This document shows positions 9,332 to 19,487 of a DNA stretch of 64,000 bases, piece by piece; within the stretch, counting starts at the first letter, position 1, and each line of letters starts with the position of its first letter. The notes beneath the pieces were generated by a model. It saw only the letters and a list, made by a program, of their open reading frames with translations, was not told where the DNA came from and did no database searches. The DNA is from an uncultured Acidobacteriota bacterium (lineage in GTDB: Bacteria > Acidobacteriota > Vicinamibacteria > Vicinamibacterales > 2-12-FULL-66-21). The DNA lies in contig CAWEMY010000017.1 in NCBI GenBank assembly GCA_963810305.1, forward strand, positions 350,219 through 414,218. Direction: 5' to 3'. Both the position numbers and the translations under genes were made by a program.

Positions 9332-10660
9332 CTATTTATCGCCGGGGCCCCCTGCACCCCGGCTGGCTCGCTCCGTTACGCGGGACCCGCCGCCCGCTCC
9401 ACTCCGCTCGCTTGGCGTCAGCAGTTCCGCGTACAAAGCGTCTACGCGAGCCGCCACCGATGAAGCTTCGAATTTCTCACCGGCGCGCTGGGCCGCGGCC
9501 ATTCCGAGCCGCGTTCGCAGCTCGGCGTCGCTCCTCAGGCGCCTGACATCCGTCGCAAGTTCTTCCGGCGAATCCGACAACAGACCGGTGACTTCGTCCT
9601 CGATGATGTCGGGCGTGCCTCCGGTGTTCATCGCCGCGATTGGAATGCCGAGCGCGCTTGCCTCGATGAGGACGCGGCTCAGGGATTCGGGGCCGGACGA
9701 TGGGAAAACCAGCATGGTCGCGTGCGCCAGCCATGTCGCTGTTTCGGACGGATCGAGCCAGCCGAGAAGACGAATGTCTTTGCCGCTGTGCGCGGCCTGG
9801 CGTTCGAACCGAACGCGGTCCGGTCCGTCTCCGACGATGATGAGCGGCCAGTCGAGGTCGGCGCGTTTGACGACGTCGGTGAGGTAGGCCGTCCCCTTGT
9901 TCGGGGCCAACTTGCCGACATACAGGGCGTACGGTCCGATCATCGGTGGCGCCGCGGCGGCCCGGTCGCGTACGGCGTTGGTGTCTACGGGATTCGGGAT
10001 GACCTCGATGCGCGCCCGCTCGAGGACGGGTGCACGCGCCTTGAGATCCGCGGCGATCCTGGAACTGACGGCAATCACCGCGTTCGCGTGCAGGAGCGCA
10101 TTCTGCTTTCGCCGCAGGTTGGCTTCCAGATAGGTGCGCACCACCGAGGTTGCGAGGCCCGTCACCCCGATGCGAGGCCGCCCGCGGTGAATGCCCGCGA
10201 CGCGTGAGCAGCCGGGGCACAGCGCAAGATCTCGCGGGCCGTGAATGAGATCCGACCGATAGCACACCGGCCAGTAGTCGCGGACGGTGCAGACAGAAGG
10301 GATGCCGGTCTTTTGTGCCGCTTCGACCGCGGGGACCGACGACATGACGTGTTGCCCGTGGACGATGGCGATCCGCTCATCGGCGATCAGCTTCACCAGT
10401 CGCTTGCCAACGATGCGGTAGGCGCGTTCGTTCTTCAGGTAGTTCCGAATCCCTGGAACCGGCGGGGCGAAGACCTGATAGTCGATCACCCGAAATCCGT
10501 CGTAGTTCGCCTCCCGCTCGACACCGCGCTTCGCCGCGCTGACTTTCACGACGAGCACCTGGTGCCCGCGGTTACGCATCGCGCGCGCGAGCTCGTACGT
10601 GCTCCACCCGCTGCCGCCGCACTTCGGCGGAAACGAGTCAGTGACCAGGAGTAGATTCAT
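9332..10660 (-). CDS. Glycosyltransferase family 4
   Basis: FPPKCGGSG, TVRDYWPVC...CPGC insert, YVGKLAPNKG, ESLSRVLIEA. Confidence 0.92.
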   Translation of the reverse strand: MNLLLVTDSFPPKCGGSGWSTYELARAMRNRGHQVLVVKVSAAKRGVEREANYDGFRVIDYQVFAPPVPGIRNYLKNERAYRIVGKRLVKLIADERIAIVHGQHVMSSVPAVEAAQKTGIPSVCTVRDYWPVCYRSDLIHGPRDLALCPGCSRVAGIHRGRPRIGVTGLATSVVRTYLEANLRRKQNALLHANAVIAVSSRIAADLKARAPVLERARIEVIPNPVDTNAVRDRAAAAPPMIGPYALYVGKLAPNKGTAYLTDVVKRADLDWPLIIVGDGPDRVRFERQAAHSGKDIRLLGWLDPSETATWLAHATMLVFPSSGPESLSRVLIEASALGIPIAAMNTGGTPDIIEDEVTGLLSDSPEELATDVRRLRSDAELRTRLGMAAAQRAGEKFEASSVAARVDALYAELLTPSERSGAGGGSRVTERASRGAGGPGDK

Positions 10661-10676
10661 TCAGCGCTTGTCGTTC

Positions 10677-10827
10677 ACCACAGAGGCACAGAGGCACAGA
10701 GAAAATTAATGTAAAGGCAGAGAACACCAATCAGCAGTTCACCACCAAGGCAGAGCGACACAGATTGTTTTCATTTGTCTTTCTTGCCTTTCCAATAAAT
10801 GTCTCTGTGCCTCTGTGTCTCTGTGGT
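10677..10827. repeat. Palindromic MITE-like element with arms built of tandem CACAGAGR octamers
   Basis: Left arm accacagaggcacagaggcacagaga (10677-10702) and right arm tctctgtgcctctgtgtctctgtggt (10802-10827) are 25/26 reverse-complementary; AT-rich spacer. Confidence 0.85.
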
Positions 10828-11968
10828 TTGAATTCCGCGATGGCGGATCCAGCGCTTCGCAGTGTGCGCGCCAGCTGTAGTCGCGGACGGCGCGTTCGCG
10901 CGCGGCGGCGCCTAGTCTCGCGCGCAGTGTCGCATCGGTCAGTCGCTCCAGCGCATCGGCCAGACCCGTAACCGGCGACGCCGGCTGATAGAGCAGGCCT
11001 TCGACGCCCCCTTCGACGAGCCTCGGGATCCGGTCGGCGGCAGGGGCGACGATCGGCAGCCCCGATGCCATGTACTCGAAAATCTTCAGCGGCGACCAGT
11101 AGAAGCCGAGCGCCAGGGGCTTGTGCGCGGAGAGATCGAACGGCGCCACGCCGATGTCAGCCGCGGCGAGGCACGCGGGCATCCGCTCGTGCGGCACAGG
11201 CCCAGTGAAGATCACGTTCTTCGAACCGGCGGCTTCGGTCCTGACGCGTGGAAGCTCCGGCCCGTCGCCGATGAAGAGCGCACCGACGTTTGAGCGCCCA
11301 CGCTTCTCGAGCTCCTTGATTGCGAGCGCCAGATTCACTGCCCCATGCCAGCTGCGAAAGGCCCCCGCAAACACCGCGAGCACACCGGGTGGTCGTGTGA
11401 AGGGCAGCGGTCCCTCGGCTCCCGGGTGAAAACGATCCGTATCCGCTCCCCATTCGAGCTCGATCACTTTGTCGCGCGGCGTGCCCGGAGGCAGGATGGC
11501 AGCACTCGGTGTCACGATCAGATCGGATGCGGCGCAGATGCGCTCCCGCCGCCGCTGCATTGGTTTGACGACCAGGGCGCGATCGACCAGCGCTTTCGGC
11601 GAGCCCGGATGATCGATGACGGGTGCGTTCACTTCGAGGACCGCCCGTGCCCCGATCTCGCGGGCAGTCAGAATCCCTTCGCCGCCGAAGTTGTAGTACC
11701 GCTCCATGATGACATCCGGCCGAAGGCGTGCCGCAATCTCGCGCACCGCGCCACGGCGCAGCCAGCGCAGCTTCGAGGACCCGAGCGGCGGCGACATCGC
11801 AATCCATTGAATGCCGGTTCTCTCCGGCATCGGCCCGTCGCCTGGAGTCACCAGCACATGGACCTCATGCCCCAGCGCCCCGAGCCCTTCGGCGACAGCA
11901 GTGACATGAACCGATCCCCCCTTGGTGCCAGGCACCGTCTGGTCGATGGCGCAGTACAGGATTTTCAT
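10739..11968 (-). CDS. Glycosyltransferase family 4
   Basis: Starts MKILYCAIDQTVPGTKGGSVH; FAGAFRSWHG, SPLKIFEYMASG; C-terminus reads into the palindromic element, so the true stop is uncertain. Confidence 0.9.
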   Translation of the reverse strand: MKILYCAIDQTVPGTKGGSVHVTAVAEGLGALGHEVHVLVTPGDGPMPERTGIQWIAMSPPLGSSKLRWLRRGAVREIAARLRPDVIMERYYNFGGEGILTAREIGARAVLEVNAPVIDHPGSPKALVDRALVVKPMQRRRERICAASDLIVTPSAAILPPGTPRDKVIELEWGADTDRFHPGAEGPLPFTRPPGVLAVFAGAFRSWHGAVNLALAIKELEKRGRSNVGALFIGDGPELPRVRTEAAGSKNVIFTGPVPHERMPACLAAADIGVAPFDLSAHKPLALGFYWSPLKIFEYMASGLPIVAPAADRIPRLVEGGVEGLLYQPASPVTGLADALERLTDATLRARLGAAARERAVRDYSWRAHCEALDPPSRNSNHRDTEAQRHLLERQERQMKTICVALPWW

Positions 11969-12010
11969 GGCCCGAACACTGCACGCGGCGCGGCCGACGC
12001 CTTCGGCAAC

Positions 12011-12087
12011 GCACGAAGCCACGGAGGCACGAAGCACGCGAACCAATTTTGTTCTTTCGTGTCTTCGGGTCTTCGAACCCTTCGTGC
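12011..12087. repeat. Palindromic element with CACGAAG-unit arms
   Basis: gcacgaagccacggaggcacgaag...tttcgtgtcttcgggtcttcgaacccttcgtgc around an AT-rich core. Confidence 0.7.
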
Positions 12088-12113
12088 CGGCCGCAGGCCA
12101 ATCGTCTCAGCGG

Positions 12114-13154
12114 TCACCTTTTCACCAACAGCGCAAAGAAAGGCCCCGACGTAATTCTCCCGAATAGCAGCAGGTCCAGCTTCATTGCCAGCGACAGCCC
12201 ACGCAAAGCAGCGTACGTCGTCGGACTGCTGGCGATACGTTGTTTGGCGGAGGTCCGCGCCTCGCGGACGGCGGCGGCATCCACGTCTGCGTTCGCTGTC
12301 GTGCCGGACGCGGTGATCCGTTTGGCGGCGCGCCGCGCCATCGCGCGTTCGGCCATCCGCATCAGGATGTTCTCGACGAAACCGCCGACGATCGGCGTGT
12401 AGAAGCGGATCTTCGCGATGCGGAACCCGGTCGCGGCCGCGACACTCTCGAGATGCGGAATATCTCGCAACGGATTGAGATGATCGGACTTGCGCAGGTG
12501 TTCCTGCCGCAGGTCGATCAGATCCCAGCGCTCGAGTTGCTTTGCGGCGCGGTTGATCCATTTCAGCCCGGCCGCGATCGGCGCGTTCTTGCGGACGTGG
12601 GTGTAGACAAACAGCCCGCCGCCGGGCTTGAGCACGCGGTTCGCTTCGGCCAGCATCCCCTGCAGGGCCTCGGGCGACAGATGCTCGAGGACGTCGAGCG
12701 ACCACGCCTTGTCGAACGTGTTGTCGGCAAACGGCAGCTTGCGGAGATCGGCGAGGAGAAGATCGATGTCCCGCCGCGCATCCCGCGAAAAAAACGGAGC
12801 GATATCGATCCCCATCATTGTCGCGCCAAGATCGCGGTTCCACAGCAGCGCGCGGCCGCTGCCGCATCCCAGGTCGACGACCAGCTCACCGGCGCGCGGC
12901 GCCAGGAATTCGCGCAGCATGTCGTTTCGGATCTTCGACCCGAGCAGTGGCGGTGAGACTCGCTCGTGCCTGGCGTCGACGTGCAGCGCCTCGTCCAGGT
13001 ATTTCGTCTGCTCGGCGAACTGCTCGCGCGGACGCATGTCGAGATAGTCAGGCGGACTCTCATAGCTCCGGCCGCAGCCGGTGCAGACGAAGTCGCGTAG
13101 CTCGGAGCGGCAGTCCGGGCAGCGCACGATCGAGAGCAGCGCGCTGGAGATCAT
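12114..13154 (-). CDS. Class I SAM methyltransferase with N-terminal Trm112-like Zn ribbon
   Basis: RCPDCR...CTGCG, VVDLGCGSG, LPFADNTFD, LDVLEHL, RVLKPGG. Confidence 0.9.
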   Translation of the reverse strand: MISSALLSIVRCPDCRSELRDFVCTGCGRSYESPPDYLDMRPREQFAEQTKYLDEALHVDARHERVSPPLLGSKIRNDMLREFLAPRAGELVVDLGCGSGRALLWNRDLGATMMGIDIAPFFSRDARRDIDLLLADLRKLPFADNTFDKAWSLDVLEHLSPEALQGMLAEANRVLKPGGGLFVYTHVRKNAPIAAGLKWINRAAKQLERWDLIDLRQEHLRKSDHLNPLRDIPHLESVAAATGFRIAKIRFYTPIVGGFVENILMRMAERAMARRAAKRITASGTTANADVDAAAVREARTSAKQRIASSPTTYAALRGLSLAMKLDLLLFGRITSGPFFALLVKR

Positions 13155-14332
13155 GCCGGGCGCGTCACTTGTGAAAACAGATCCTCGAGCCGCTCGGCCC
13201 GTCGTGCCCAGGTGTACTGGGGTGCCGCCTTGTACGCCGCCTCCGCCAGCCGCTCGGCCAGCAACTGATCTCGCAGAAGGCGAGCGATCGCTTCCCCCAT
13301 CGCGGTCGCATCACCTGGCTCCACGAGGAGTGCATTCACCTCGTCGCGAAGCACTTCCCTGATCGCCGGCAGACTGGTCGCGACGATCGGACGACGAGCC
13401 GCCATGTACTCGAAGAGCTTCAACGGTGAGGTGAATCGCGTGGAGATGGCGGATGCCGGATTAGGAAGAACCAGCACGCGTGCCTCCGCAAGCCGCGCAT
13501 CAACATCACGCGGCGGAACGTGCCCGGTGAACGTCACACGATCGGCAATCCCGAGCTCGGCGGCCAGTGCCTTCACGCGTCCGAGATCCGATTCCTTTTC
13601 ATGCCCGCCAATGATCAGTCCACGGGCCTCCGGGACGCGCACGAGCGACTGCAGCAGCGCGTCCACGCCCTTCCACGCATAGAGATGACCTGCGTATGCG
13701 ACGATCGGCTCCGCAGGCACCGGGCCTGGATCTCGATCTGGTAGTCGAACGCCGTCGGGGACGATGGCGAGTCGCTCGCGTGTCCCGAACCGCTCGACGA
13801 GCTCACTGGCCAGCCCCGTCGTGATCGTCACGTAGCCATCGGCATTTCGCCACACCGCTGCCTCGCGATCCGCGAGACGTTTGAGCTTCCCGGCGCTGGG
13901 ACGCTGCGCGGTGGAGATCAGATCGGGCAGCGCGGCTGTGACATCCGGCGCGTAGCCGTGGGATTCGTAGACGAGCGGCGCACGCGAACCGGAGGGCATT
14001 CTCAGAAGCGCCGCCGCAACGCCGAGGTCCCGCGTGAGGATGACATCCGCGCGCCCTTTGCCGAAGGCGCGTCCGAACACGAACGACATGTAGCCGACCC
14101 GCTGGAGGATCCCCGCCCCGGAAGGTGTGTTCGCCCGCTCGACGACCAGGGACGCAAGCTTCGGCAGTCCATAGAACTCGAACGGATCTCGCGCCGGTGT
14201 GTGCGTATCCGGCTTGACCACGAGGCGCACATCGTGTCCCCGCTCCGCCAGCGCATAACACGTCTCCATCGTCTGGATCCCGTTGGCGCGCTCGAGTGGA
14301 AAGCGGATGTCCGCGAAATACAGGAGACGCAT
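13151..14332 (-). CDS. Glycosyltransferase family 4
   Basis: FPLERANGIQ, YAGHLYAWKG, SPLKLFEYMA. Confidence 0.92.
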   Translation of the reverse strand: MRLLYFADIRFPLERANGIQTMETCYALAERGHDVRLVVKPDTHTPARDPFEFYGLPKLASLVVERANTPSGAGILQRVGYMSFVFGRAFGKGRADVILTRDLGVAAALLRMPSGSRAPLVYESHGYAPDVTAALPDLISTAQRPSAGKLKRLADREAAVWRNADGYVTITTGLASELVERFGTRERLAIVPDGVRLPDRDPGPVPAEPIVAYAGHLYAWKGVDALLQSLVRVPEARGLIIGGHEKESDLGRVKALAAELGIADRVTFTGHVPPRDVDARLAEARVLVLPNPASAISTRFTSPLKLFEYMAARRPIVATSLPAIREVLRDEVNALLVEPGDATAMGEAIARLLRDQLLAERLAEAAYKAAPQYTWARRAERLEDLFSQVTRPA

Positions 14333-14335
14333 TCG

Positions 14336-15675
14336 TCAGGGCAGCGGCGTGCGCACGGCATCACGCGTGAAGAGGGTGAAGTTCTGCGGGCTCGAGCCCG
14401 CCTGCCAGGTGCGCACGATCTGATTGTCGCGCCACTCCCATAGCCGGTCGTGGGCGCGGTCGACGTCGACCGGGTCCGAGTTCCAGCGGCCGTGCGGATA
14501 GCAGACGGCGCCGAGCCCTGTAATCGCAACGGAGCAGACGAGTAACAGCGCGGCCACTGAGGGAGCGAGCCATCCAGTGAACGTAGTGGACGCAACCACG
14601 CGCGAGCGGAACCAGCAGCGGCAGGACGTCGAGCATGTAACGCGGTCCGTATGTGTGCCCGCCCCACCAGACCGAATAACTTGCGTAGAGCAGGAACTGC
14701 ACCGCTGCCGCGGCGAGGCACAGCGCCGCCGGCGAACGCCATCCTTCTTTCATTGCCGGGCGGAGACCGAGCGCCAGCGAGTGCGACAACCGGGCTGAAG
14801 ATCAGCAGGCCGCGGTTCGGAGAGAACAGCAACCCCGCGGCGCCTTCCCATTGCAGATGGAAGGTCTGCGATGTCCCGTGGATCGACGGGTGCAACGCTT
14901 CGAGCAGCGGTGCGGCCCCGAGCACGGTGCCGAACCAGCGGACGTTGGCGAGCACGAGCGGCACAATGAACACCGAAGCAAGTGCGGCTGCAAGGATGCC
15001 GACTCTCGCTCCCCTGAGCCACGTTGCTGCTGCGAGGAGCACGAATACCGCCGGCACCAGCTGCAGCCGGCTGCTCGCCGCCAGGCCCAGGCCGGCCCCG
15101 ATCGCGACCGCAGAAACGCGTCCCGTCCCCGTGAGCCCGAACACCGCGATCATCAACCCGAAGAGTGCTGTTTCGTGCTGCCAGAGAGTCTGGCTGACCG
15201 TGCTCCAGAGACCCGTGCCCAGACCGAGCGCCACTGCGATGAAGAGTGCACGCGCGCGGTCGACGCGCCGGCGCGCGATCAGATACGCGAGACCGACGGT
15301 CAGCGACGCGAGCAGCGAGCTCGAAAGTTTCGCCATCAGGCCAGGTGCGCGCGGTGCGCGGATATCGATGATCCCAGTCTTCCAGAATGGCCAGGCGATC
15401 ACTGCGGTGACGATCGCCGGCGCCGGGGAGTAGGCCGAGCGGTAACGGCCATCCCGCGCGAGCTGGAACCCGGATCGCTCGAGAAGCTGCGGCGTGAACC
15501 CGACCACGTAGTTGAGGGACGTGGTACCGCGCAGCAGCAGTTCGCGCGCGGCGAGCTTCGTCGGTTGGGAATCGTAGCTCGCGATCTCGCGTCCGTTGGC
15601 GTTGTAGACGACGAACATGGCGGCGATGGTGCCGGCGGCGATGGCGACGTCCTTCCGCGATCGTCCGGTCGTCAC
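14336..15675 (-). CDS. Multi-TM GT-C-like glycosyltransferase (two apparent frameshifts)
   Basis: Three frames join: SYDSQP, SQTLWQHE, LLFSPNRGLLIFSP / WWGGHTYGPRYMLD / WNSDPVDVD..RLWEW. Confidence 0.7.
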
Positions 15676-17110
15676 TTGATGGCCTTCGGCGGCGGCGGCC
15701 GATAGAACGACTCACGGTCAGTCAGATACCGATAGATCAGTGAAGGGGTCTCGAGAGGCAGGCGAACGAACGCGTTGTAGGCGTTCTTTCCAGGCTCGAG
15801 ACGCTGCCGGTCCATCATGCCGGTGGCAAACTGCGCCATCAGCGCAATGTTCCACCACACGCAGGCAATCACGGCGGCGGTCAAGGCCATATCGTAGGCC
15901 GGCCGCCGCGGCCGTGCGTGCCACAGAGCCGCGAGCCCGATCACCAGCACCGGCGTCAGGCACACGAACCGCCGCTGCCCGAACGCACCCGCGACCGTCC
16001 ACGATTCAACGGATCCCGCGACGTAGACCTGCGAGGCAATCATGATGAGCGCGCAGATCGCGATCCGCTGTGTATCGGGCCGGTTTTCGGGCCCGGCTAA
16101 AGCCGGCCCCCACCGATTCGGTAGAGGCCGGCTCGGTAGAGGCCGGCTTTAGCCGGCCTGCCGCCATCGCGATCAAACCAGCGATCGCCAGAATCGCCAG
16201 CGGCGTCCAGAAGAAGAATCCATGCTCCGGCGACAACAGCACCTGCAACCCATGCGGCGCATACCAGTACATCTTCCGCTGGACGTGCTGTGCCGGGCCT
16301 GGATACCCGTTCAGCCCGTTGTAGGCAATCAGCTGCGGCAGATAACCAAGGAAGAAACCCCCGAGCCCCGCCCCCGCCGTCGCAAGCCACCGTGTCTTTT
16401 TAGGAGTTAGGCGTTGGAAGTTAGGAGTTAGCAGAGCGAGGGCGAAATCGAAGAGAGGCCCGAGCGCTATGAAAATGTCCTGCTCTCTGATCATCGCGAG
16501 CAGGGCCGCGCAGATTCCGAGCAAGAAGGTGCCGCTAACGCTCCACTCCCGCCGGACGTGCAGCCATACGGCGACAAACAGCGCCACACCAAATGCCGAC
16601 ACCGCGTGCGAGAACGGCGGCGCCACGTACATGTAAAAAAGCAGCGGAGTTCCGAGCCAAACCCCCAGGCCGGCGAGGAATCCTGAGTGCTCGGATGCGT
16701 TCACCACGATTCGTGCAGCGCGGATAGAGAGCAGGACGGCGAGCAAGCCGTAGAACGCCGATCCGTAAGCCACCGCGCGGATGTATGGCGGTGAGAATCC
16801 ATCGGTGACACCGCCGGTGATACGCGTCCACAGATGGGCGATGCCGTAGAACGGCGACCAGAGCAGCGCGCACCCGATCGTCGCCGTAGTTGACGCGCCG
16901 GCCGGCGCCTGTTTCGCGGACGAGGAACGTTTCGTAATACCCGCCCGACTGCGCGATGTTGTGGTCGTAGAAGTAGCGGTACTCGTTCTCGAACGACACG
17001 TCGCGGTCGAACCAGATCGAGCGCAGATACGAGAAGTACTGGACCTCGTCGGACGAGTACAGCCGCGCCGTAACCGCAGGCAGCGACAGTAGAAAGAGCA
17101 CCGCGAGCAC
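15672..17110 (-). CDS. Multi-TM GT-C-like glycosyltransferase, paralog of 2957-5083 (frameshifted; start uncertain)
   Basis: LYSSDEVQYFSYLRSIWFDRD, LSPEHGFFFWTP, AGAFGQRRF; split over ORFs 16535-17110, 16006-16773 and 15672-16043. Confidence 0.72.
16089..16158. repeat. GTAG-type REP copies inside a CDS
   Basis: gggcccggctaaagccggcccccac + gtagaggccggctc + gtagaggccggctttagccggcc; translated GRLKPASTEPASTESVGAGFSRA. Confidence 0.8.
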
Positions 17111-17175
17111 CAGGAACTCGCGACGGGAAAGCAGGAAGAAGCGGCAGATCTTGTCGAGAAGGGCGATGAGGAATG

Positions 17176-17997
17176 TTACCTCAGCGGAACCCGCATGCCG
17201 GCCGATGTCAGCAGCGTGAGCTCCTTCATTGCCGAGAGCCGTTTTGTCATGTCGGCCGCGTCGGACGGCGGCAGGTGCATGCCGAGGATCCGCCGCGGGC
17301 CGATGGACGAGGACACGAATCGGCGGTTGCTGCCGTCCATGACGTACCAGAATGGCAGCAGGGCGGTATCGACCGGCGGCAGCGAGCGCAGCAGGTTGAA
17401 GTTATCCGCCGCAGGATCAGCGTCGCCGGTGTGAAGCACCGTGCGGCAACCTTCGACGAGAAAGCCGACGTGCTGCTCCGGTAGTCGCCGCGTCGGGTTG
17501 TGCCGGATGCGGAGCACGTGCACCGGCACCCCGGATCCCGTCGCGCGTTCCGAGGCACCCGGTTCCGGCGTCACCGCATTGAACTGTGCCGCTGGAACCG
17601 CAGGTCCCGCCACCGCCTTCACCCGCTGGACGACTTCTGTCGACGACACCAGCCGCGTCGATGGACTGTTTCGCAGGTGTGCCGCGACTGCCTCCGCGCT
17701 GAAATGATCCTCGTGCCAGTGCGTGATCAGGATCGCCGTGACGTTATCGAACGGCGCCGTCGCCGACTCGAGACTCCGCCGCTGCTCCATCGTCGGAGTC
17801 GCATACGGTGAAATCCCCTCGCGAATCGGCGCGTCGAACAGGAATTTCTGTCCGTCCGTTTCGAACAGGACGCCGGCATTCGCAACATACGTGATCGCGC
17901 ACGCCCCTCCACCTTGTGCTGGCGTTTGCCCCCAACCGCCCAAAGCCAGCGACATCAGCAGTACGAGCACCCCCGGCACCCTTGGCACTCTTAGCAC
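17176..17997 (-). CDS. Exported MBL-fold metallo-hydrolase (start uncertain)
   Basis: ITYVANAGV, LITHWHEDH, HVGFLV, HTGD, GMH; hydrophobic N-terminus. Confidence 0.85.
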   Translation of the reverse strand: MLRVPRVPGVLVLLMSLALGGWGQTPAQGGGACAITYVANAGVLFETDGQKFLFDAPIREGISPYATPTMEQRRSLESATAPFDNVTAILITHWHEDHFSAEAVAAHLRNSPSTRLVSSTEVVQRVKAVAGPAVPAAQFNAVTPEPGASERATGSGVPVHVLRIRHNPTRRLPEQHVGFLVEGCRTVLHTGDADPAADNFNLLRSLPPVDTALLPFWYVMDGSNRRFVSSSIGPRRILGMHLPPSDAADMTKRLSAMKELTLLTSAGMRVPLR

Positions 17998-18070
17998 CCC
18001 CGGCACCCTTTCGCACTCCCCCGCACCCTCCCGCACCCCTTTACGCACCCCCGGCACTCTTGAGCACCAC
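17967..18070. repeat. Degenerate nonamer tract (GCACCCCCG-like)
   Basis: gcacccccggcacccttggcactcttagcacccccggcaccctttcgcactcccccgcaccctcccgcacc; spans the junction of two genes. Confidence 0.8.
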
Positions 18071-18808
18071 CGTTTTGACCACCTGCGCGAGATTGAATCC
18101 CGCGTGACTGACCATCGGGGCGATGACGCTCCGGCGTCGCAGGTACACCAACCCCCAGAGAAGGCCGAGGAACGCGGTGATGACCGAGGCATCCCAGCCC
18201 TGCTCGAAATGCCCGAGCCCGAAGATAAGGCTGTATAAAACGACGCCGACGAGCCCGCCGCCCAGAAACCCCTCGAATCGATGGACGATGAAGCCGCGCT
18301 GGACTTCTTCACGCACGCCGCCGGCGATCATGACCACGACGCCAAAGAGGATGGCGTCCAGGCGGTTGCGGATCATGTCTTCGAGCGGATTGCGTGGCAC
18401 ATTCCGCAGCGACGGCGCATAGGTGAGAACGAGGACCATCACCGCGATCACGACCAGAAAGACCAGCGGGATCAACCCGAAGCCGACCAGTACTTCCCGG
18501 CGGACACGTCCGCGCCCGATCAGCACGTCGCGAATCGACTCCCCCCGCGCGCGCAGCAGCATTGTCACCATCGCGACGACGAGCACGGCATCGACGAGCG
18601 AGACAGTGAAGACGAATGGCGGAGACATCCCGCCGTCCGCCGTGCGCATGGCCATCCCGAAGCTGAGCAGCGCTGAGATCAGCACGATCTGTGTCGGGAT
18701 TCCGGAGATCAGAAAGATTTCAAGAAGGGCAAAAAGACGTTCGCTCGGAAGGATCCGGCGTTCCGCAACAGGCTGAAGCAGCTCCGGCGCCGGAGCGGGC
18801 TCATACAC
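18041..18808 (-). CDS. CPBP (CAAX/Abi) intramembrane glutamic endopeptidase
   Basis: GGVREEVQRG, FGLGH, SHAGFN motifs, multiple TMs. Confidence 0.9.
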   Translation of the reverse strand: MYEPAPAPELLQPVAERRILPSERLFALLEIFLISGIPTQIVLISALLSFGMAMRTADGGMSPPFVFTVSLVDAVLVVAMVTMLLRARGESIRDVLIGRGRVRREVLVGFGLIPLVFLVVIAVMVLVLTYAPSLRNVPRNPLEDMIRNRLDAILFGVVVMIAGGVREEVQRGFIVHRFEGFLGGGLVGVVLYSLIFGLGHFEQGWDASVITAFLGLLWGLVYLRRRSVIAPMVSHAGFNLAQVVKTVVLKSAGGA

Positions 18809-18824
18809 TCAGGGATTATGGCAG

Positions 18825-19430
18825 CTACTTCGGCACTCGCACCTTCAGCGCCTGCGACAAGCGGACCGACAGCGGGGTACCCGCGGCCATGCGCACTTCC
18901 TTGCCGCGCGTGGCGAGGACGACGCCGGTGCCACCGGCTCCGCCGATCGCGGCACCTTTCGCCGCGCCGTCACCGCCCCCGACGATGCCGCCAACGATCG
19001 CGCCGCCAACCGCGCCGGCACCGATCTTCGCGGCGTCCTGTTTCTTCGTCCCGGGCGCGATGCGCGAAATAGTGCCGGTGCGGATCGTCGCCGAGTCATC
19101 CGGGCCAGGCGGGTCGATGCGCGTGAAGCGGAAGGCGATCTGCGCCCGTCCCTTGACGCGCGCCGAACGCGTCGCGTCGGTCACATATCCGCTCAGCGCC
19201 GTCCCTGCCGGTAAGGCGGTAACGCCGCGAATGATGACCGGCGACCGTAGAGTTCCGCGGATCGGGTCCTCAACCCGGCTGGTGTCCGAAGCGACGCCGG
19301 TGTTGAGATTCACCTTGAGGATCGTCCCCGCCGGAATCGTCACCTCACGCCATTCAGCCTGTTGCTCGGCCCCGAGGTCCGCTGTCGTCAATGCGACGAC
19401 GAAAAAGGCTGCGGCACAGATGTTTTTCAT
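18825..19430 (-). CDS. Exported protein with beta-rich domain and glycine-zipper segment
   Basis: Signal peptide; VTIPAGTILKV; GAGAVGGAIVGGIVGGGDGAAKGAAIGG. Confidence 0.75.
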   Translation of the reverse strand: MKNICAAAFFVVALTTADLGAEQQAEWREVTIPAGTILKVNLNTGVASDTSRVEDPIRGTLRSPVIIRGVTALPAGTALSGYVTDATRSARVKGRAQIAFRFTRIDPPGPDDSATIRTGTISRIAPGTKKQDAAKIGAGAVGGAIVGGIVGGGDGAAKGAAIGGAGGTGVVLATRGKEVRMAAGTPLSVRLSQALKVRVPK

Positions 19431-19470
19431 GATGTTCCACCCGCTCGTTTTCTTCGCTTATGGCCGATTG

Positions 19471-19487
19471 TGCAATGGAGGTACCGA
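19471..19487 (-). promoter_or_regulatory. Putative sigma54 -24/-12 promoter for 18825-19430
   Basis: Minus strand TCGGTACCTCCATTGCA = GG-N10-GC with TTGC; divergent from a sigma54 activator gene. Confidence 0.6.
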
